This document shows, piece after piece, positions 59,192-64,000 of a stretch of 64,000 nt of DNA. The notes under the pieces were generated by a model that ran no database searches, was not told the origin of the DNA, and saw only the letters and a program-made list of their open reading frames with translations. The stretch lies in sequence record NC_133255.1. One strand, 5' to 3'. The position numbers and the translations under genes are program-made. This stretch comes from Escherichia phage vB_EcoS-26175I. How positions within the stretch are numbered: the first letter of the stretch is position 1; the number at the start of each line of letters is the position of its first letter.

Positions 59192-59300
59192 AAGTAGAAG
59201 GACTCGAACCTTCACGAGATAGACCATTTATCTCAGCCTCGTTTTCGGGTATCTTATGAGGAGTGGATGTTCCCCTTACGCCCTTTAGGAAGCCCCGTCT
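59192..59300 (-). ncRNA. tRNA-like element, unresolved (~107 nt)
   Basis: Contains a canonical T-arm (GAAGG-TTCGAGT-CCTTC) and a Leu/Tyr-type D-arm (GCCGGAATCGGTAGACGG) closed by a 6-bp terminal stem GAAGTA/TACTTC, but I could not place a canonical anticodon arm. Confidence 0.4.
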
Positions 59301-59305
59301 ACCGA

Positions 59306-59395
59306 TTCCGGCATACTTCAAGATTTGGCAGAAGATAATGGAGTCGAACCATCACCGTATCACTACAGCGGGCCGGTTTTCAAGACCGGTTACGT
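59306..59395 (-). tRNA. tRNA-Ser (anticodon TGA), long variable arm
   Basis: Hand fold: acceptor AGAAGAT/ATCTTCT, anticodon stem CCGGT/ACCGG loop CTTGAAA, 19-nt variable arm, T-arm GATGG-TTCGACT-CCATT, CCA encoded. Confidence 0.75.
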
Positions 59396-59413
59396 ACCAC
59401 TACGTCCTATCTT

Positions 59414-59770
59414 CTATTGTTCGTATATTACAAAGTTTACAGATTCAGAGTAATAACCATTACTAGAACCATGCCATTTAACGGTTACACAGCCTTTAGC
59501 TGTGGCAAACTTATACCATGTATGGGTTACTGAATCCCAATCTTCTGTAGCGTGTGTGATTACTTCCTCTGCTTCTATGATTGGATAACCTAAAAGGTCA
59601 TGTAAATCACCAATAATATCATCTATATGAACATCTTCACAGCAGTCCTGCTCATGATAAAACTTATAGTTCTTACCATCAGTACAAATGAAGATAAGAG
59701 TATCTTGGTCTTGGCATACATTAGTAAAAATTTTGCCAAGCATTTCATTATAGATTGTCACTTCTGACAT
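59414..59770 (-). CDS. hypothetical acidic protein
   Basis: 118-aa ORF. Confidence 0.5.
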   Translation of the reverse strand: MSEVTIYNEMLGKIFTNVCQDQDTLIFICTDGKNYKFYHEQDCCEDVHIDDIIGDLHDLLGYPIIEAEEVITHATEDWDSVTHTWYKFATAKGCVTVKWHGSSNGYYSESVNFVIYEQ

Positions 59771-59792
59771 ATTAGTTTCCTAGTAAGTTGTT

Positions 59793-59882
59793 TGGCGGAA
59801 GAAGAGAGATTCGAACTCTCAAGCCGTTTTACCAGTCAGCCACTTTCCAAGCGGTTTTCGTCACCTATCGATTTGCTCTTCC
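59793..59882 (-). tRNA. tRNA-Ser (anticodon GGA), long variable arm
   Basis: Hand fold: acceptor GGAAGAG/TTCTTCC and 3' end GAGAGTTCGAATCTCTCTTCTTCCGCCA closely resemble E. coli tRNA-Ser; anticodon loop TTGGAAA. Confidence 0.65.
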
Positions 59883-60056
59883 GTAGATCTCAGGATTAAA
59901 TCATAAACTTCATTAGCGGATACTGGAAGTATGAGATTATACATCTTTTGGTCATACCTCTGACCATACTCTATAAACACATACTCTTTAGTTAATGTAT
60001 TAACAGCTAACCAGATATCAGTTATAGGAGTTTTCATCATGAGTTAATCCAATGTT

Positions 60057-60137
60057 TGGTAGGGATGGAGGGACTCGAACCCACACCCGAAGACTAGAAC
60101 CTAAATCTAGCGCGTCTGCCAATTTCGCCACATCCCC
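60057..60137 (-). tRNA. tRNA-Leu (anticodon TAG), long variable arm
   Basis: Hand fold: Leu-type D-arm GCGAAATTGGCAGACGC, anticodon stem CTAGA/TCTAG loop TTTAGGT, T-arm TTCGAGT, CCA encoded. Confidence 0.75.
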
Positions 60138-60144
60138 ATTTTAT

Positions 60145-60363
60145 TTAGTTAGAAATAAATAATAATCCCGCAACAATAGAACCTACGCCACTGAATACCA
60201 TTATCAGCATAGCTTCTAAGCTGATAAAGCGGACAGTATATGGAGCGCCCCAAGAATAATCAGTAAAGAAAGTTTTCTTTTCTTTAGCTAAATCTTTAAT
60301 AGTTCTAAAATAGATAGCTAGTGCTAAAGCTGCAAGAACTACAGAGGCTGCTAAGAATACCAT
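60145..60363 (-). CDS. small membrane protein
   Basis: 72-aa ORF with two hydrophobic helices. Confidence 0.45.
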   Translation of the reverse strand: MVFLAASVVLAALALAIYFRTIKDLAKEKKTFFTDYSWGAPYTVRFISLEAMLIMVFSGVGSIVAGLLFISN

Positions 60364-60382
60364 ATTATTTCCTTAATTTGTT

Positions 60383-60458
60383 TGGTGGAGTCACTCAGAA
60401 TTGAACTGAGTTCCACTGCTTGCAAGGCAGTAAGTTTAACCAAATAACCTATGACCCC
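60383..60458 (-). tRNA. tRNA-Ala (anticodon TGC)
   Basis: Hand fold: acceptor GGGGTCA/TGACTCC with G3:U70, anticodon stem ACTGC/GCAGT loop CTTGCAA, T-arm CTCAG-TTCAATT-CTGAG, CCA encoded. Confidence 0.8.
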
Positions 60459-60463
60459 GAATT

Positions 60464-60542
60464 TGGTGGAGAATAAGAGATTCGAACTCTTCTGATATCC
60501 TCGGTGCAAGCGAGGTGTCCACTCCAAGCAGACCCATTCCCC
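60464..60542 (-). tRNA. tRNA with anticodon TGC (Ala-like, G3:U70) and atypical 7-nt variable region
   Basis: Hand fold: acceptor GGGGAAT/ATTCTCC, D-stem GTCT/GGAC, anticodon stem CCTCG/CGAGG loop CTTGCAC, T-arm AAGAG-TTCGAAT-CTCTT, CCA encoded. Confidence 0.6.
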
Positions 60543-60551
60543 AAAATTTAT

Positions 60552-60815
60552 TTATTCTCTATACATATCGAGAACAGTTGCTACAATCTGAGCTTCTAGC
60601 CTAGCAATATCTTTATTCACTATATCAGATTCTACTACTAAGTGATTATATATTGCTTCAGTTTTAGCAAGATCTATATCAGATAGTTTATTAAGACTAT
60701 TATAATACTTAGCATTATTGCAACGTTTCTTCATATCGGAAACTCGTTTATGGAGGGTTCTTTGTTGATAACGTTGCGACATTAGTTTCTTAGCCATATC
60801 TTTAAGATCAAACAT
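60552..60815 (-). CDS. hypothetical basic protein
   Basis: 87-aa ORF; 230-nt untranslated leader between its start and promoter at 61081-61109. Confidence 0.45.
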   Translation of the reverse strand: MFDLKDMAKKLMSQRYQQRTLHKRVSDMKKRCNNAKYYNSLNKLSDIDLAKTEAIYNHLVVESDIVNKDIARLEAQIVATVLDMYRE

Positions 60816-61080
60816 AGATATTCCTTCTAGTTTACTAAGGCTATTAGCTCGGTGTGCGTATTACCCTCAGACATTAGCCAGTAGAGGATAACCGCTCTTC
60901 ACAAACCCGATACACTATTCAGTTGCCGCTGAATCTAGTGGACTAATCTAGAACTTATTGCAAAGTATCCCCTGCCATTAGGGGTCTAATTGCAATTGTG
61001 CTTTTTGGCAGCCAGTCCTAGGTCGAGCTAATACCTTAGTGAACTTTGATGAGGATTTCTCCTCATCAATTTATATAAAT

Positions 61081-61109
61081 ATTATAACAAGAAATTAAGC
61101 ATCAAGCAA
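61081..61109 (-). promoter_or_regulatory. sigma70-type early promoter (TTGCTT-17-TATAAT)
   Basis: Minus strand -35 TTGCTT, 17-bp spacer, -10 TATAAT, conserved ATTTATATAAATTGATGAGGAG downstream. Confidence 0.75.
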
Positions 61110-61461
61110 GTACATTTTTAGCGATTTCTTGTAGTTCCTTAACGTCGCTAACGAAAAGGTAATCAGAGCTTCCAGAGTGCATACTCTGCATAACCACACC
61201 ATCCTCTGGTGCATCTTCCTTCAAAGTAAGTCCTAACCAGAACTTGGCAAAACCAGGTGTTACCTCACCTTGACTTGCCTTGAACACATCGCCTTCTGTG
61301 ATCTCTTGACCAGTAGAGAGTCCCATGTATGGTACGTTCAGATCAATATCTTTGTAGAACTCAGCTAGATCTTGCTCGAAATCCCAACCTTTAGAGATAG
61401 CGAACTCCATTGTTACATGACCGAAATAGCCTTGAACCTTGCTTGATAATTGCATTTGCAA
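61102..61461 (-). CDS. hypothetical protein
   Basis: 119-aa ORF. Confidence 0.5.
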   Translation of the reverse strand: MQMQLSSKVQGYFGHVTMEFAISKGWDFEQDLAEFYKDIDLNVPYMGLSTGQEITEGDVFKASQGEVTPGFAKFWLGLTLKEDAPEDGVVMQSMHSGSSDYLFVSDVKELQEIAKNVLA

Positions 61462-61480
61462 TTCCTTATTTTGAGTTAAT

Positions 61481-61554
61481 TGGTACTCGGTGATAGAATC
61501 GAACTATCGCAACCGCCGTGTAAAGACGGGGTTCTCCCATTAAACTAACCGAGT
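61481..61554 (-). tRNA. tRNA-Val (anticodon TAC)
   Basis: Hand fold: acceptor ACTCGGT/ACCGAGT, anticodon stem CCGTC/GGCGG loop TTTACAC, T-arm GATAG-TTCGATT-CTATC, CCA encoded. Confidence 0.75.
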
Positions 61555-61558
61555 AATT

Positions 61559-61636
61559 TGGTGGATTGCCTGGGATTCGAACCCAGAACTGACGGATTAA
61601 AGGTCCGCTACTCTTATCCAGTTGAGCTAGCAATCC
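61559..61636 (-). tRNA. tRNA-Lys (anticodon TTT)
   Basis: Hand fold: acceptor GGATTGC/GCAATCC, D-stem GCTC/GAGT, anticodon stem GCGGA/TCCGT loop CCTTTAA, T-arm CTGGG-TTCGAAT-CCCAG, CCA encoded. Confidence 0.7.
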
Positions 61637-62100
61637 AATTTTTCTACTAATAATTTAAAAGCATCTAGTACAGGTACTTCAAACCATTCTCCAGATACTC
61701 TATAATCTTTAAGAAGATTATGTAATTCTTTCTCTGTACGTCTTTTATCAGACGAAAATCTGAAATGGTATAGCTTGTAGTCTCTATTAGGTGAATAAGT
61801 TTGATAACTTGCTAACCTCTCATTCACATCTATAGTCATACCTATTTTATACATGCCTGGCCATGCTGGATTACCAATTACATATACAAAACCTTCCGTT
61901 ATAGGTATTTTATGCTCCCTTTTATACTTTAAGAGATTTAAGGCTGCCATTCGATAACAGAATCTAAACTCTGAAGTTTTTAACTTACCTTCTTTACCCG
62001 AAATTTCGTTATATTTGCTCATATAAGCTCTTATGAGCTTATCATCTATAATGAAGTTATCAGGAAGGTTTAAGGCAGCTAAAACTTTATTAATTAGCAT
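61627..62100 (-). CDS. GIY-YIG-type nuclease (T5orf172-like; putative homing endonuclease)
   Basis: 157-aa ORF; GFVYVIGNPAWPGMYKIGMT resembles the GIY..YIG motif; embedded in tRNA island. Confidence 0.6.
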   Translation of the reverse strand: MLINKVLAALNLPDNFIIDDKLIRAYMSKYNEISGKEGKLKTSEFRFCYRMAALNLLKYKREHKIPITEGFVYVIGNPAWPGMYKIGMTIDVNERLASYQTYSPNRDYKLYHFRFSSDKRRTEKELHNLLKDYRVSGEWFEVPVLDAFKLLVEKLDC

Positions 62101-62285
62101 AGACTTCCTTAATAGAATAAACTTTTAAGTAAGGGTGATTAATACCAAATTCCGCCATCACTTCGTTTTCATCTTTACCGTAATGGGCTAGTGGATACTT
62201 CTTACGATCTTTGCTAGAACGTAGATCACTTACTTTTAAACGAAATAATTTCATTTCGAAATCCTTCTATTAAATTGGAAGCGGG

Positions 62286-62363
62286 TGCAGGAATCGAACC
62301 TACCTCTTTCTAGCTTATGAGACTAGCGATCTCTACCAGAGATCTAACCCGCAATTGTTTGGT
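62286..62363 (-). tRNA. tRNA with anticodon CAT (Met/fMet or Ile2)
   Basis: Hand fold: D-stem GATC/GATC, anticodon stem CTAGT/GCTAG loop CTCATAA, T-arm GTAGG-TTCGATT-CCTGC, unpaired 1:72, CCA encoded. Confidence 0.7.
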
Positions 62364-62369
62364 CTCCGT

Positions 62370-62447
62370 GGGAGGATTTGAACCCCCGACCCTACCGCCC
62401 CAAACGGAACGCTCTGGCCAAACTGAGCTACACGGAGAATATTCTTT
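62370..62447 (-). tRNA. tRNA-Pro (anticodon TGG)
   Basis: Hand fold: C1-G72 start as in E. coli tRNA-Pro, D-stem GCTC/GAGC, anticodon loop TTTGGGG, T-arm GGGGG-TTCAAAT-CCTCC, CCA encoded. Confidence 0.75.
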
Positions 62448-62469
62448 GTTAACTCACTTTATAAAATAT

Positions 62470-62498
62470 ATTATACAGATATTTAAGCATAATAGCAA
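62470..62498 (-). promoter_or_regulatory. sigma70-type early promoter (TTGCTA-17-TATAAT) driving the tRNA-Pro/tRNA-Met unit
   Basis: Minus strand -35 TTGCTA, 17-bp spacer, -10 TATAAT. Confidence 0.75.
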
Positions 62499-62749
62499 AT
62501 GAGTTTTTAATAAATTTACTTATTGCGTAGGCCACCTCACGCTTCAAACGCTCTGCTGACAAAGAAGTTTGCGAGACTTCTCTTAAATGCCAGAATAGAC
62601 CCGCCGATCTATCGGAACCTACTCAATAAGTAAACTTTCGTTTACCTACACCTACCTGGTCGGGAGGATTTTCAGCGACTAGAACCGGCCGGAAACTCAT
62701 CGCCTTGTTTATCTAGGAGTCCGTTCTCTAGGAAGCAGAAACCTAAATT

Positions 62750-62823
62750 TGGTGCGGTCGGAGGGAATCGAACCCTCAACTTCTGGTTGGCAACCAAAAA
62801 TTATACCTTTTAACTACGAACGC
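62750..62823 (-). tRNA. tRNA-Gly (anticodon GCC)
   Basis: Hand fold: T-arm GAGGG-TTCGATT-CCCTC, anticodon stem TTTGG/CCAGA loop TTGCCAA, CCA encoded; one acceptor mismatch. Confidence 0.7.
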
Positions 62824-62961
62824 ATAATAAGTCAATCTAGGCAGGACTTGAACCTGCTATCACTTGTGCGGATTTACGAGAACCATTCTTTCACTCGAAT
62901 CGAACGAGCTTCTACCCTCGGCAAGCTGGTGTCCCCTCTCCACCACGCTAGAATGTTTAAT
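62824..62961 (-). ncRNA. two tRNA-like elements, unresolved (138 nt)
   Basis: Two T-arm signatures (GCAGG-TTCAAGT-CCTGC and GCTCG-TTCGATT-CGAGT) between tRNA-Gly and tRNA-Lys; no canonical 7-bp acceptor stem found for either; terminal complementarity CTAGATT/CTAGAAT spans the whole element. Confidence 0.35.
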
Positions 62962-63039
62962 TGGTACACCTGCTGAGATTCAAACTCAGGATCTTCCGAT
63001 TAAGAGTCGGTTGCTTTAAGTCAACTAAGCTACAGATGC
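62962..63039 (-). tRNA. tRNA-Lys (anticodon CTT)
   Basis: Hand fold: acceptor GCATCTG/CAGGTGT, D-stem GCTT/AAGC, anticodon loop CTCTTAA, T-arm CTGAG-TTTGAAT-CTCAG, CCA encoded. Confidence 0.65.
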
Positions 63040-63579
63040 ATTTATATCTTTATAGGACTTACCAGCCAGTCTTGTATAGCGTTTTCGCAAACCATTATCT
63101 GACATGCCCAATTCTCTAGAAGCTCTAGACCATGAGTAATTTTTAACCCAGTACTCTATTTGTTCTACAGTAATTTCTTGTGGATTTTGACAGTGCTGTT
63201 TGCAGTAACTAGCTCTTTTAGCTATTTCTTTGTTGCAAATAGGACAGAAATTTTTATCTGAACTTAATCCACGTTCTTCTATAGTTTTGAGAATATGATC
63301 AGCTTTACTTCGTACAATCAGATTTTCAAGAGAGAAATTTAGTTTATTTGTATCATCATGATCTACTTCTAAGTCAGAACTCAAAGATGGTAGATCTTTG
63401 TATACTCTCGCTAATACTCTGTGTAATAGAAGATGTTTTGATTTTCCATTATGTTGAACAGTAAAGAAAGGATACCCAGAAGTATTAATCTGTATTGAAA
63501 GTATACGATTAACTTTAGTACTAAATACTTCCCCAGTCTCACTTATTAAGTATTCTGGATATTCGGGTATTTCTTTCAT
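63025..63579 (-). CDS. HNH homing endonuclease
   Basis: 184-aa ORF; HRVLARVY...EVDHDDTNKLNFSLENL HNH motif, C-terminal CPICN..C..HC zinc motif and HTH-like tail; 3' end overlaps tRNA-Lys. Confidence 0.75.
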   Translation of the reverse strand: MKEIPEYPEYLISETGEVFSTKVNRILSIQINTSGYPFFTVQHNGKSKHLLLHRVLARVYKDLPSLSSDLEVDHDDTNKLNFSLENLIVRSKADHILKTIEERGLSSDKNFCPICNKEIAKRASYCKQHCQNPQEITVEQIEYWVKNYSWSRASRELGMSDNGLRKRYTRLAGKSYKDINASVA

Positions 63580-63596
63580 TACTGTTCCTTATAATT

Positions 63597-63673
63597 TGGC
63601 GCGACCGATGGGATTCGAACCCACATTCTCTCCCGTGACAGGGGAGTACCATTACCAAGCCAGCCCCGATCGC
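63597..63673 (-). tRNA. tRNA-Asp (anticodon GTC)
   Basis: Hand fold: acceptor GCGATCG/CGGTCGC, anticodon stem CTCCC/GGGAG loop CTGTCAC, T-arm GTGGG-TTCGAAT-CCCAT, CCA encoded. Confidence 0.7.
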
Positions 63674-63682
63674 ATAATTTGT

Positions 63683-63868
63683 TTACTCAGCTTTGAGTTT
63701 TTCGATAGCTTCCTCAACCTCTTTTAGAGCTTCACGACGCTCTACTTGACCTTGAAGTTCTTCAAGAAGTTCAGCTTTCAGAGCCTTAATAATATTACCA
63801 CGAACCTTAATATTATTAATCAGATTATCACGATCAGCTTCTAGTCGAGCAATTGCACGAGTTGTCAT
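63683..63868 (-). CDS. small coiled-coil protein
   Basis: 61-aa ORF. Confidence 0.4.
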   Translation of the reverse strand: MTTRAIARLEADRDNLINNIKVRGNIIKALKAELLEELQGQVERREALKEVEEAIEKLKAE

Positions 63869-63895
63869 ATCTATTTCCTCAGTTGTTAGTGAAAT

Positions 63896-63981
63896 TGGCG
63901 GGCCGTGTAGGAGTTGAACCTACTTTATCCTTGCGGATACGGATTAACAGTCCGGCGCTTAAACCGTTCAGCCAACGGCCC
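63896..63981 (-). tRNA. type-II tRNA (long variable arm) with anticodon GTT
   Basis: Hand fold: perfect acceptor GGGCCGT/ACGGCCC, 3-bp D-stem with 10-nt loop, anticodon stem CCGGA/TCCGT loop CTGTTAA, 15-nt variable hairpin ATCC-GCAA-GGAT, T-arm GTAGG-TTCAACT-CCTAC, CCA encoded. Confidence 0.6.
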
Positions 63982-63988
63982 TAAAATT

Positions 63989-64000
63989 TGGACGACCGCA
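63989..64000 (-). tRNA. tRNA 3' end, truncated by window edge
   Basis: TGG (CCA on minus strand) followed by acceptor-like sequence running off the window. Confidence 0.3.

Noticed and set aside
56800-64000. tRNA cluster as a prophage integration site / bacterial tRNA locus
   Set aside because: No integrase or host genes; tRNAs are interspersed with phage early promoters and homing endonucleases, as in T5-like phage tRNA islands.

Overview
The window reads as a contiguous segment of a T5-like siphovirus genome (Tequintavirus-like gene order and protein sizes), almost entirely transcribed on the minus strand. Three blocks are visible. (1) 1-27.9 kb: late structural/packaging module - two paralogous L-shaped tail-fibre genes, collar, pb4/pb3/pb9-like baseplate proteins, tape measure, chaperones, tail tube, terminator, adaptor, major capsid, protease, decoration protein, portal, HNH, terminase small and large subunits, pb5-like receptor-binding protein and a divergent Llp-like lipoprotein. 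(2) ~28.9-39.3 kb: a terminal-repeat-like pre-early module (dmp, A1, A2-like, small ORFs) followed by two repeat-rich non-coding zones carrying DnaA boxes, LexA-box-like palindromes, a 27-bp direct repeat and an iteron-like array; these zones flank a plus-strand operon of nine small genes of unknown function, which is my top candidate for an undescribed module. (3) 39.3-64 kb: early region with many small ORFs, three phosphoesterases, thioredoxin-like protein, endolysin, holin, ClpP-like protease, dNMP kinase, spanin pair, a GrcA-like glycyl-radical protein, and a tRNA island (at least 21 tRNA genes plus tRNA-like elements I could not fold canonically) interspersed with small ORFs and GIY-YIG/HNH homing endonucleases. 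Nine near-identical strong sigma70-type early promoters (TTGCTA-17-TATAAT) drive the early region. All calls are from reading the sequence and the ORF track by eye; tRNA anticodons were folded by hand and protein identities rest on motifs, sizes and synteny recalled from T5, not on database searches.
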